Source: a virus
Lineage: Duplodnaviria > Caudoviricetes
Virus record (IMG/VR): IMGVR_UViG_3300037467_003067
Location: 224,001 to 288,000 of that record
DNA length: 64,000 bases
Strand: one strand, 5' to 3'
Translations under genes and position numbers: made by a program
In this document: positions 47,316 to 56,087 of the stretch, piece by piece
Position numbering within the stretch: position 1 is the stretch's first letter
Layout: each line of letters opens with the position of its first letter
The notes under the pieces: model-generated
Databases searched by the model: none
Told to the model about the DNA's origin: nothing
What the model saw: the letters and a program-made list of their open reading frames with translations, nothing else

Positions 47316-49385
47316 GTGGCTGAAGTAATAAAGATAAAAGACACGCAAGACCTAGTCCCGACCCGACTCTTCCCCTGTGCTACCTTCCCTTTCGAGCATT
47401 TCAATCCTGTCCAGAGCAAGGTGTTCGACATCTATGACCGCGATGCAAATTTCTGCATCGCGGCGTCCACCGCTGCGGGCAAGACCTGCATGGCGGAAAT
47501 GATCCTTTCCCACTCGATCCGCAACGGTCACGGGAAGGGCGTTTACCTTGCGCCCCTCAAGGCACTGGCACAGGAGAAGATCGACGATTGGACCGATCCC
47601 GAGCACCATTTCGGCGATTTGAAGCTCAGTATTTGTACGGGCGATTACATCCTTACCAAGGCACGTCAGAAGGAATTGGCTGATGCCGACCTGATCCTGA
47701 TGACCTCGGAAATGTGCGCGTCCCGAGTCCGCAACGCCAAGTCGGAAAAGAGCGAGTTCCTCAAGCAGATCGCCTGCGTGGTCGTGGATGAGAGCCACCT
47801 GCTCACCGTCCCCGGTCGTGGCGACCACCTTGAGGTTGCCCTGATGAAGTTGACCCTGATCAATCCCAACATCCGGATATGTTTCCTCTCTGCGACCATG
47901 CCGAACGTGGACGAGATTTGCGGATGGATGTCGCGACTCAACGGCAAGAACACCTACTTGCTCGAATCGACCTATCGTCCGACCAAGTTGAACATCCATT
48001 ACGAGTCCTATTTCGACGGGTCGAGGGACTACGACGACACCGAGGGCGAGAAGATCGCGACCGCCATTCAGATCGTCAACCATTACAAGGACGACAAGTT
48101 CCTCATCTTCGTCCACACCAAGCGGACCGGCGAGTTGATGAAGATGGCTCTGGCGAAATACGGGATTCAATCCGAGTTTCACAACGCCAACCTGACCAAA
48201 GACAAGCGGGTCGATCTTGAGAAGAAATTCAAGGATGCTGGGGGGCTTCGCGTTATCGTTGCCACCAGCACATTGGCTTGGGGGTGTAACACCCCGGCAC
48301 GCCGGGTGGTGGTTCTGGGCGTCCATCGCGGCATGAGCGAGGTCGCAACCTACGATATCTTCCAGGAGATCGGTCGTGCCGGTCGTCCCAAGTATGACCC
48401 TGCTGGCGATGCCTATATCCTGCTCCCGGAAAGTAAGTTCAACTACCAGAAGCAAAGACTTCAGACCCCCGACCGCATCAATTCCCAATTGCTGGAATAC
48501 GTCGGCGGCAAGGATGAGGACGGTAACGAGGATGAAACCAGGAGAAACTACAAGACCCTGGCGTTCCACCTGGTCAGCGAGATACACCAGAGGAACATCA
48601 AGACCCACAGGGACTTCCACGAGTGGTATTCCCGTACGCTGGCACACCACCAGAATCAGTGGTTCGACAGCGACATCGTTGACAACGTTATCGACCTCTT
48701 GATGAGGTGTGGTGCGATCAAGGAAGAGGGCGGCGAGTTCAAGGTGACTTCGGTCGGCACGATCGCCAGCATGTTCTATTTTTCTCCCTTCGATGTCGCC
48801 GATTACAAGAGGAATTTCACGAGGTTGTTCGAGAAGCGATACGATACCAATGACATTGCGGTGGCTGTGGCGTTGGGCAATATCGATAGTAGCCGGTTCG
48901 GAATCGTCAGTAAGTTGGAACGAGAGGAGATGGGTTCGTTCACCTCCAAGGTCCAGCAACTCTTCGGAATCTATGCGGTCTCGGAGCCAGCAATTAAGAC
49001 CGCATTCGCCTACTGGAATCTCATGAATGGTAGGTCGAATGCCGCGTTCAACGGGCAGATGCGGGGACTCCAGTTTGACTTTCCCCGAGTCGCTCAGGTG
49101 ATTCAGGCGATTGACCAGATGGGGTCAAAATGGGGACGTGCCGAGTGGCTCAGGCAACTCAAGATGCGGGTCCAGTATGGGGTCAAGCCCGAATTGGTTT
49201 TCCTCTGTCAGTTGCCGAATATCGGGGCTGTGAGAGCGCAAAGACTGTGGGACAACAAGATACGCACCCTGGCTGAAGTCGCCACCAACCCTGCAAAGGT
49301 TAAAAAATTGACCAACTTGGGACAAGATAAGATAGACGAGATTATTGCCGAAGCGAAGTCTCTTAGAATGAAAGAGGAATTATAA
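47316..49385 (+). CDS. Ski2/Hel308-like superfamily 2 helicase
   Basis: FNPVQ, STAAGKT, APLKALA, DESH, LSATMPN, ATSTLAWG.NTPAR, QEIGRAGRP; C-terminal HhH LPNIGAVRA. Confidence 0.9.
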   Translation: MAEVIKIKDTQDLVPTRLFPCATFPFEHFNPVQSKVFDIYDRDANFCIAASTAAGKTCMAEMILSHSIRNGHGKGVYLAPLKALAQEKIDDWTDPEHHFGDLKLSICTGDYILTKARQKELADADLILMTSEMCASRVRNAKSEKSEFLKQIACVVVDESHLLTVPGRGDHLEVALMKLTLINPNIRICFLSATMPNVDEICGWMSRLNGKNTYLLESTYRPTKLNIHYESYFDGSRDYDDTEGEKIATAIQIVNHYKDDKFLIFVHTKRTGELMKMALAKYGIQSEFHNANLTKDKRVDLEKKFKDAGGLRVIVATSTLAWGCNTPARRVVVLGVHRGMSEVATYDIFQEIGRAGRPKYDPAGDAYILLPESKFNYQKQRLQTPDRINSQLLEYVGGKDEDGNEDETRRNYKTLAFHLVSEIHQRNIKTHRDFHEWYSRTLAHHQNQWFDSDIVDNVIDLLMRCGAIKEEGGEFKVTSVGTIASMFYFSPFDVADYKRNFTRLFEKRYDTNDIAVAVALGNIDSSRFGIVSKLEREEMGSFTSKVQQLFGIYAVSEPAIKTAFAYWNLMNGRSNAAFNGQMRGLQFDFPRVAQVIQAIDQMGSKWGRAEWLRQLKMRVQYGVKPELVFLCQLPNIGAVRAQRLWDNKIRTLAEVATNPAKVKKLTNLGQDKIDEIIAEAKSLRMKEEL

Positions 49386-50011
49386 TGCCACAGGATGATT
49401 TTGAGACCAACACCGGAGAGATCGGGAAGAAGATGACCAAGAAGGTTGTTTATGATCCTTGGCCACCTTTGCCTCCAAAATCTGCTTACTATTTCTCTGC
49501 CCCCCTCGATAGCTGGACAGACAAGGGCGGCTACAAAAGGGAATATAAAAATCTATATGGTGCTGATGTCATACAGACCCCGGTGGTCGCAGATCCGAAC
49601 TGTGCCGAAGCAGCCATCCCCGATCAGGAGATGAGTCCGATCGAGCAAGAAAATGCGGACCTCAAGAGGCAGTTGTCAGACCTCCAGGACGCATTCACCG
49701 AGAGTCAGCGATGTGTCGCTGAAGTGACCGACAAGTATGACCGACTCCGAGCCGACTACCAATCGGTAGGAACCTGGGACTATGTCCGCAGGCTCGAAAT
49801 GGCTCGTGCCAGGATCGAGGAACTCGAAAGGCAACTTGAAGGACAGAAGAAGCCGTCCGAAGGACAATTGCTGACAAGCATTCCTGCCGGGAAATCAGCG
49901 ACCGCTGTCGGCAATACAGGTTATGCTCCTTATACCGGGGGTTATTACACCCTGAGTTCTTGGGACTCTGGCAGCGTCATGCTCGGCGGGTGTGCGGCGT
50001 CCTCGAATTAG
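49385..50011 (+). CDS. hypothetical coiled-coil protein
   Basis: TAATG overlap; 208 aa. Confidence 0.65.
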   Translation: MPQDDFETNTGEIGKKMTKKVVYDPWPPLPPKSAYYFSAPLDSWTDKGGYKREYKNLYGADVIQTPVVADPNCAEAAIPDQEMSPIEQENADLKRQLSDLQDAFTESQRCVAEVTDKYDRLRADYQSVGTWDYVRRLEMARARIEELERQLEGQKKPSEGQLLTSIPAGKSATAVGNTGYAPYTGGYYTLSSWDSGSVMLGGCAASSN

Positions 50012-50286
50012 CCTTTTCCGAAGAAGTCCTTGTCGTATTCGATGAGGACTTTTCCATTCCCTTTGGTTGGTTCGCCCGTGATGGGGTCAACAACTCTAAA
50101 TCGCGTTTGTTTAATGTTTTCTGCGATCCCTAATTTTTCCCAGAGACAGGGATCTTGGGGGTCGACCGGGACATCGCGGATCACCTCTCCCTCGATCAGC
50201 AATCGCACCTGGCACGTGCTGCTGGGACCGTCATATAATTGACAAAACTTACAAATATGTTTTGGCTCTTTGTTTTTCCGTTTCAT
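50008..50286 (-). CDS. small Cys-containing hypothetical protein
   Basis: CKFC..C..C. Confidence 0.6.
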   Translation of the reverse strand: MKRKNKEPKHICKFCQLYDGPSSTCQVRLLIEGEVIRDVPVDPQDPCLWEKLGIAENIKQTRFRVVDPITGEPTKGNGKVLIEYDKDFFGKG

Positions 50287-50307
50287 AATATAAATTAGTT
50301 TAATTTT

Positions 50308-51117
50308 ATGAGTAATACAAAAAAAGATTTAACTTGTATCGGGGCATGTGGTCAACGGCGGGCAGGTAAGAACGTCCTGGCGGATTACCTGTGCGGCAAG
50401 CTCGTCAAGAGAATTCCCGTGCCTGCCCACGGCGGCGGCGTCTACAACAAGACGGTGTGGGGTCAGCGATCTTTCGCCGCTCCCGTCAAGCAGATATTCT
50501 GCGAGACCTTCCAGAAGGACCTGGATTTTGTTGAAGAATGGAAGGTCAAGGATGAGGTCCCGGAAGGCATGGCGATGCCGGTTCGGCAAGCCCTGACTTT
50601 CATCGGCGACGGGTTCCGCAAGATACAACCCGACATCTGGATCGAACTGGCGTTCCGTCCCGAGAATGATCCTGATAGCAGCATCTTCACTGATGTTCGC
50701 TACATCAACGAAGCCAGGAAGATCAAGATCATGGGCGGCATGACCATTTTGGTCTACCGAGAAGGTCACATGAATTGGGACGACAACGGCTCCGAAGCAC
50801 AGATTCGCCCCTACATCATGTGGTGTATCGAGAAGAATCGGGAAGGTCACATCGCGTCCTGGGAAGAGTTCCAGAATCGGGACCTTAGTTTTAAGACCGA
50901 TAAAGACTTCGAAGCATTCTTCAATTCCTTGCCCGAAGAGATGCGGTCGAACGGCAATCAGCACCTCAAGGATATGTTCTTTGAGAATCTCGGACAATTC
51001 GACCTGTTCATTCGCGCCCACGACGGCGTTGAAAATATCTATCACAAGGCAGACCAAGTCGTCATGCCCTATATCAGGGACAACTATACCGTTGAGGAGA
51101 TTATTTTAAATGGCTAA
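50308..51117 (+). CDS. deoxynucleoside monophosphate kinase (T4 gp1-like)
   Basis: GQRRAGKN, SFAAPVK, RQAL..GD.FR....IW, TDVRY.NE. Confidence 0.85.
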   Translation: MSNTKKDLTCIGACGQRRAGKNVLADYLCGKLVKRIPVPAHGGGVYNKTVWGQRSFAAPVKQIFCETFQKDLDFVEEWKVKDEVPEGMAMPVRQALTFIGDGFRKIQPDIWIELAFRPENDPDSSIFTDVRYINEARKIKIMGGMTILVYREGHMNWDDNGSEAQIRPYIMWCIEKNREGHIASWEEFQNRDLSFKTDKDFEAFFNSLPEEMRSNGNQHLKDMFFENLGQFDLFIRAHDGVENIYHKADQVVMPYIRDNYTVEEIILNG

Positions 51118-51478
51118 GATTGCGATCGAAGACATGCATTTCGTCCCCAAGGCGTGGGGCTTCGAGCGGTGGATATGCAACAGCGACAAGTATTGCGGCA
51201 AGTTGCTCCACATCAACTCGGGACATTTTTCAAGCTGGCATAAGCATAACATCAAGGACGAACACATGGTCGTCCAGAGTGGCATTCTGGAGATCCTGTA
51301 CGGAGACGACGACGATATCGACAAAGCGACCAGTGTCCTGGTCCATCCTGGTCAAGCCTTCCACATCCCGGTTGGGCTGAGACACCGCCTCAAGGCGACG
51401 TACGGCGACGTGGAGTTTCTAGAAGTGTCTACGACCCATTACGATTCGGATTCGATCCGCGTGATTCCGGGACAGTAA
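51110..51478 (+). CDS. cupin (mannose-6-phosphate isomerase-like)
   Basis: VPKAWGFE..HKH..KDE..G..H..LEVST. Confidence 0.85.
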   Translation: MAKIAIEDMHFVPKAWGFERWICNSDKYCGKLLHINSGHFSSWHKHNIKDEHMVVQSGILEILYGDDDDIDKATSVLVHPGQAFHIPVGLRHRLKATYGDVEFLEVSTTHYDSDSIRVIPGQ

Positions 51479-51487
51479 GTCGAGAGA

Positions 51488-52177
51488 TTATTGTTTGATC
51501 CAACGATTATGGTCAAACACTTCGATGTCTCGGATTTGAAGCGATTTTTCGCCGACGTATTTTATGGCAATTCCTGGTCGGAGGTTGTCGAAGAAGATGA
51601 CCTTGAAGTCGTGAACAACTTGGGGGTTTCTTTTCGCCAAGCCTTGCATCAGTTGCGAGAAGAGTTCCCCATCGGCAGCACTCCCTCCATCGGGGCTGAT
51701 GGCTCGCCCGGTTCGTCCCCCACTTCCTCTTTGGAACATAATCCCCGAAACCCTTTGGCTGAGACCGGTGACGGAGAACGTATCGCCATTAGCCGGGACC
51801 GTCATTCCCTCGAATTTATCGATGTGGTCTCGGATGAATTGGATGACTGCGTTGCGGTTCATCTCATAATCGATGTCCCAATCTTCGGGATGGAGGAAGC
51901 CCAACACGGAGACGACCATCGGCTCGCCCGAGGTTTCGGCACCGGTTGCGAAATTAGCCACATCGGCATCCATTAGTCTCAACGCATGGTGTCTGGCTGA
52001 GTTCCGGTCGGCGAAGACGTAGAAGCCGTGTCCTTGACCGTAGCCGGTCGCTCGTTTCGGATCGATGCCGGTACGAAACGAGCGGATGTTGGCACCGTTG
52101 ATTCCCGTGTTGGAGCCGTGGTAAAGTTCTCGAATGCTTACAACTTCATTCAAGATAAAATCTTTGAATCTTAGCAT
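51488..52177 (-). CDS. putative ADP-ribosyltransferase-fold protein with FKDFILNE tag
   Basis: LYHGS...QGHGFYV..ARHHA (H-Y signature). Confidence 0.55.
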   Translation of the reverse strand: MLRFKDFILNEVVSIRELYHGSNTGINGANIRSFRTGIDPKRATGYGQGHGFYVFADRNSARHHALRLMDADVANFATGAETSGEPMVVSVLGFLHPEDWDIDYEMNRNAVIQFIRDHIDKFEGMTVPANGDTFSVTGLSQRVSGIMFQRGSGGRTGRAISPDGGSAADGELFSQLMQGLAKRNPQVVHDFKVIFFDNLRPGIAIKYVGEKSLQIRDIEVFDHNRWIKQ

Positions 52178-52839
52178 TATTGCCTTTTAATTTGTCTCTT
52201 TAGTTTACCAAATCCGACTTCGGTCAGGACCATGAATTCCCAGCCCCGATTCTGACAGTAGGTGTTGGCTGCAGTCCACTTGGCTTCATTGACCGGCAAC
52301 GCTGTCTGGGTTGCCGGTTTGATCTCCCAGATTTCCTTGTGACCGTCGGCGAAAAGGATGCTCAGGTCGGGACGATACCTCTTGGACTTGCCATTAAACA
52401 GGTAGGGGATTTCTAGGGGTTCTGCATCATACGTTACGACATCGGGCAGAGCCTCCAGGACTTCGTAGACCTCGGCTTCGAACCCGCTGCGATAATACAA
52501 CTCTTTTCCATTCATCTTGTTGGAGATAAAGGTCCCTTTGCGAAACTTGACGCCGGTCGATCTTTTCTTGCCCCTGCTGCTGAAGTCGTTCCATACCGTG
52601 GTCTTGTGCTGGATTCCCTTGGGGACTTCCCAACCCGGATGCTTGGCTTTGTAGTGCATCTTGATGTCTCGGACAGGACCCTGGCATTTCGGGCAAGTCA
52701 AATATTCTCGCCCTTCCTCGTGGGATTCGATGATGTGCGACTTGAATTCGTCGTATTCCTTGAATTCCTGACCACACACGAAGCAAGACCACCTACGTTT
52801 ACCCCGCGATTCCTGGTCGTCGTTGAAAGGCAGTGTCAT
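52177..52839 (-). CDS. TnsA-N / T4 gp4 head-completion-like nuclease with two N-terminal C2H2-type fingers
   Basis: YRSGFE..EPLEIPY..YRPD..EIKP..KW.AA..C...GW.F..LTE. Confidence 0.8.
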   Translation of the reverse strand: MTLPFNDDQESRGKRRWSCFVCGQEFKEYDEFKSHIIESHEEGREYLTCPKCQGPVRDIKMHYKAKHPGWEVPKGIQHKTTVWNDFSSRGKKRSTGVKFRKGTFISNKMNGKELYYRSGFEAEVYEVLEALPDVVTYDAEPLEIPYLFNGKSKRYRPDLSILFADGHKEIWEIKPATQTALPVNEAKWTAANTYCQNRGWEFMVLTEVGFGKLKRQIKRQ

Positions 52840-52840
52840 A

Positions 52841-53221
52841 TCAGTCGTCCTCTTTCGCTTTCTTTCCTAGTTTCTCGGCGGCGGTTTCTTTATCGATAAC
52901 ATGAATTTTGCCGACATCCTTGATGCCGAAGATCCGCTGCGTCCCCTGACCTTCGATGATCTTGTCCAGGTTCACGGCGATGAAGTTTGCCTCTTCCTTG
53001 GCTTTTCCGACCATGTCCTCGTCGGGATGCTTCAGCTTGGCGAAGACGATCCGGCTGTCTTCGGGCGCGCCGTAGACCGACTTCTCGAATTCGAAGAAGA
53101 AGACGAATTCGCCAGTCCGGTCGAGAAGCTGGTGAACCTTGCTGATCTGTTCTCGCTCTTCGCACACCAAATCCCATTTGTCCATTAATGATCGGAAGCT
53201 TGAGAATCCTAGTGATTCCAT
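52841..53221 (-). CDS. hypothetical protein
   Basis: GAGGG RBS; 126 aa. Confidence 0.7.
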   Translation of the reverse strand: MESLGFSSFRSLMDKWDLVCEEREQISKVHQLLDRTGEFVFFFEFEKSVYGAPEDSRIVFAKLKHPDEDMVGKAKEEANFIAVNLDKIIEGQGTQRIFGIKDVGKIHVIDKETAAEKLGKKAKEDD

Positions 53222-53264
53222 ATGTCCCTCTCTCATAAAGTGATTGCTGCTAATATATAGAGTT

Positions 53265-53720
53265 ATGGCAACAAACATGTCTGGGTTTAAGAAGTTCTTT
53301 GAGGATGCCTGGGGCGGCTCGACACCTCCCGACCAGAAGGCTTTCGGTCACGGCAAGGATGGTGCCATGGACTCGCTCAGCGTCCAGTCGATGGAACTCG
53401 ATGTCCCCGAGAAGTCGTTCGATTCGATCCCGTTCGTGGGGGCGAACTATCAACTCGGCAAGAGCAAGATACTGGGGGGGTTATCCTCCTGGACCGTGGT
53501 CAATATTGGTCCCAAGACGGTGACCCTGGAGTTAAGGGATGAGGGCAGCAAGCGGTTTATCAGAGCCAAGAGCGGCGCACTCTACAACGACCCGTCGAAG
53601 CCCGACACTCCGAAACGAATCACGGTGCCGAGGGCATACTACATGCGGATGCTCGACGACCAATATGGCGGGGCGGCGGGAGCGATGGCGGGTCCTCCAG
53701 GCGGCTTGCCCCCGATGTAA
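53265..53720 (+). CDS. hypothetical protein with FKKFFE tag
   Basis: ATATATA 5 nt upstream; G/P-rich tail. Confidence 0.7.
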   Translation: MATNMSGFKKFFEDAWGGSTPPDQKAFGHGKDGAMDSLSVQSMELDVPEKSFDSIPFVGANYQLGKSKILGGLSSWTVVNIGPKTVTLELRDEGSKRFIRAKSGALYNDPSKPDTPKRITVPRAYYMRMLDDQYGGAAGAMAGPPGGLPPM

Positions 53721-53747
53721 CCAATAGAGTAGGTGAATACAGTGAAT

Positions 53748-53942
53748 ATGGAATTCAAAAAGTGGCTTAATCTTCAGGAAATTGGAACAACAACTGGCAG
53801 TATCGCCGTCTTCTCCCGGCAAGTCATGCCGATCGTCACCCGAATTTGGCCGACTTGGGGAGGCAGCATCCTCAATGATGAGGAAGAGAAACCGAAACCG
53901 AAGCATAAGAAGAAAAACAAAAAGAAGTCTAAGAAGAAGTGA
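53748..53942 (+). CDS. small protein with MEFKKWL..E tag and Lys-rich tail
   Basis: GTGA overlap with the next gene. Confidence 0.65.
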   Translation: MEFKKWLNLQEIGTTTGSIAVFSRQVMPIVTRIWPTWGGSILNDEEEKPKPKHKKKNKKKSKKK

Positions 53943-54460
53943 AATATTCGATCTTTTTAGATCTGGATAATACGTTGGTGCGATCTTATCCCCAAGGTTC
54001 GCTCCCTTGGAGATTGATGGACCGAGCATGTCCTACCTACAAGGACCAATTAACTGTTCTCAGACCAAAAACCAGGCAATTCCTGAGCCGGTTGAGTAAG
54101 ATATGCGATCTTTACTTGTTCACTGCGGCTGAATGTGAGTATGCCACGGCTGTCCTTTCCGTATTCGGCATCGATCGTTACTTTCTAGAGGTCTACTCGG
54201 GACAAAAAGAAAGACCTAATTCCATCAAGCAGGAATTAGGTCTTTCTGATTCTTGGATTTTGGTGGACGACAGCCACAGTTCGAACAACCTGACCCGGCA
54301 CAAACTCTCCTGTCTAGGGAGCCAAAACATTCCTCTCAAGAAGTGTTTTTTACATGCTAAATCCTATAATCCTCGCCAAGAAGATAAAAATGACCTGAGG
54401 TTGCTATACCTCCAGATACGGAGTCGGATCGCGATGAACATCAAACATCTTCATCTTTGA
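53939..54460 (+). CDS. HAD-family (NIF/FCP1-like) phosphatase
   Basis: FLDLDNTLV..LRP..FL..LFTAA..YA..ILVDD. Confidence 0.8.
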   Translation: MKYSIFLDLDNTLVRSYPQGSLPWRLMDRACPTYKDQLTVLRPKTRQFLSRLSKICDLYLFTAAECEYATAVLSVFGIDRYFLEVYSGQKERPNSIKQELGLSDSWILVDDSHSSNNLTRHKLSCLGSQNIPLKKCFLHAKSYNPRQEDKNDLRLLYLQIRSRIAMNIKHLHL

Positions 54461-54626
54461 TTTTTATATGGTAGATATAGTTTTTCATGCCGTTATCCCG
54501 GAGATATTCGTAGAAAGACTGGAGCATCTCCTGGGCTTCAGCGGGGTCGGTCGTGTACCATTTCCCCAATTTGGGGAGGGCAAGATGCTTGTTGGTAGCA
54601 TCATTGAATAAAGTGTAGATTTTCAC
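54441..54626 (-). CDS. small hypothetical protein
   Basis: 61 aa; GTG start directly after upstream stop. Confidence 0.55.
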   Translation of the reverse strand: MKIYTLFNDATNKHLALPKLGKWYTTDPAEAQEMLQSFYEYLRDNGMKNYIYHIKIKDEDV

Positions 54627-54917
54627 TTATTTACTCTGGAAAGGGTTCGGCAGGTATTTCGGGGTCTTCGCGGTCGGGTTGTGTATCTTGGAGATGGTCT
54701 TGTAATCTGGGCCACCGATGTCGATGCCTTTGAAGGTCTGACCGGCTGGATTGGTAGTGGGCGTCTTCGAGAGGTTGGCTGGGTTGACCGGAGCCGCGAT
54801 GCCGCCACCACGGCGTGCTGCCTTGGCTGACCCCGTGACCGCACCGAGACGACGCTTCTTGTAGCGTTGCCAGTTGTAGGCTTCATTCTGGTCCAGCCAT
54901 TCCTTGAATTCCATCAC
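54627..54917 (-). CDS. basic protein with EFKEWL...E tag
   Basis: Overlap with upstream stop; K/R rich. Confidence 0.65.
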   Translation of the reverse strand: MMEFKEWLDQNEAYNWQRYKKRRLGAVTGSAKAARRGGGIAAPVNPANLSKTPTTNPAGQTFKGIDIGGPDYKTISKIHNPTAKTPKYLPNPFQSK

Positions 54918-55210
54918 TTCTTCTTCATCCCTTTCCTCATCATCTTCGGCTGAGGCTGTCCTGGGTTCTGAGGATTCAGTGCCTTGATTGCGTTGCCAGG
55001 CGTCACCTTGCCCGTGAGGACCGTCTTCTTGGCAGCCTGGTTCAGGAGTTGGTCGGCATTCAATGACTGGCTCTGGGGAGCGGTCGACATGCTCTGGGCG
55101 GTATTCAGGATCGCCTTATTGGTCATGAGGATATTAGGGTCCATATTCGGCTGGACGATGCCAGCCTCGGAGAGCCGCAGATATTCCTTGAAGCTTATTT
55201 TATTTTTCAT
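54914..55210 (-). CDS. hypothetical protein with SFKEYL...E tag
   Basis: TATAAATA 5 nt upstream; basic tail. Confidence 0.65.
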   Translation of the reverse strand: MKNKISFKEYLRLSEAGIVQPNMDPNILMTNKAILNTAQSMSTAPQSQSLNADQLLNQAAKKTVLTGKVTPGNAIKALNPQNPGQPQPKMMRKGMKKK

Positions 55211-55215
55211 AAGCT

Positions 55216-55223
55216 TATTTATA
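55216..55223 (-). promoter_or_regulatory. T4-type late promoter TATAAATA
   Basis: Exact T4 late consensus; TAAATA/TATATA variants precede many other genes. Confidence 0.65.
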
Positions 55224-55530
55224 GCGATCGACCATTTTCTTCGTATTTGGATTTGTATTCGTTGTGTTCCCAATAATAGACAATCGGGACTGCCCGGCTG
55301 GTCTTGTACTTGCCCTCGATGACGATTTCTCCCGAATGGACCAAACGATGACAGGTTGCACACAGGGTGATCGAATTCATTGGGGTGTACTTGCCGCCCT
55401 CGGCACCGGGGACGATGCGGTGGACATCCAGCACGTTGTAGTTGGATTCTCCGCAGAACAGGCACTTGCCGGTAACTCGCTTTTTGACTTCTTGGAAAGA
55501 TGGTCTTTTGGATTTAGTTTCTCGACACAT
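55219..55530 (-). CDS. HNH endonuclease
   Basis: CLFCG..LDVHRI..GG.Y...N...LCATCHRLVH. Confidence 0.8.
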   Translation of the reverse strand: MCRETKSKRPSFQEVKKRVTGKCLFCGESNYNVLDVHRIVPGAEGGKYTPMNSITLCATCHRLVHSGEIVIEGKYKTSRAVPIVYYWEHNEYKSKYEENGRSL

Positions 55531-55590
55531 AAAAATAGATACGGCTAAAGTATATAACAAGTATCTATTATAACATGTCAAGGGGGAAAC

Positions 55591-55752
55591 ATGAAGAATT
55601 TTTTCAAGTCAGTCAAGGATTTTTTCGCAAATCTTTTCAAGAGCGAATGTTGCCTGGATTGTGACTGTTTCTGCGACCACTGCATCGACCATTGTTGTAT
55701 CTGTTCTAAGGGCTTTACTGTTTGCTGCGACGATTGCGAGTGCTGCAACTAA
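55591..55752 (+). CDS. 53-aa metallothionein-like Cys-rich protein (missed by ORF track)
   Basis: MKNFFKSVKDFFANLFKSECCLDCDCFCDHCIDHCCICSKGFTVCCDDCECCN; 14 Cys; AGGGGG RBS. Confidence 0.7.
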   Translation: MKNFFKSVKDFFANLFKSECCLDCDCFCDHCIDHCCICSKGFTVCCDDCECCN

Positions 55753-55766
55753 GGAGAAAGTAAGGT

Positions 55767-56087
55767 ATGCGGAGCTTCCAGGAATTCGTTCAGAATCATG
55801 AAAGTAAGCGTGGTCATTTCATGGACTATTGGCGGTCGCTCCGCAATACCGACCCCCTTTACATGGACCCTATCTCCAAAGGTCATGTTGGTCATACCAA
55901 GGGCGAAGATACGATTCGCCTCACCGGCAGTCCCAAGTTTATCGCCTCAATCGTCAGCCGCCTCAAGGAACTGATGATTTACGAGAATGATCGAACCAAG
56001 CTCGACATCAGTTACAAAGAATCCACCTATACCAAGGAAAATGGGCAGAGGAGCTACATCCTTTACCTCAAGTTGAGGGAACGTTGA
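55767..56087 (+). CDS. hypothetical protein with SFQEFV...E tag
   Basis: AAGGAG RBS; IRLTGSPKFI. Confidence 0.7.
   Translation: MRSFQEFVQNHESKRGHFMDYWRSLRNTDPLYMDPISKGHVGHTKGEDTIRLTGSPKFIASIVSRLKELMIYENDRTKLDISYKESTYTKENGQRSYILYLKLRER

Noticed and set aside
47352-48959. Long antisense ORFs (also 33248-34450, 4530-5615, 41455-42372)
   Set aside because: Each mirrors a well-supported gene on the opposite strand.
52177-52839. Tn7-like transposon
   Set aside because: No tnsB/tnsC or terminal repeats; a gp4-like phage nuclease explains it better.
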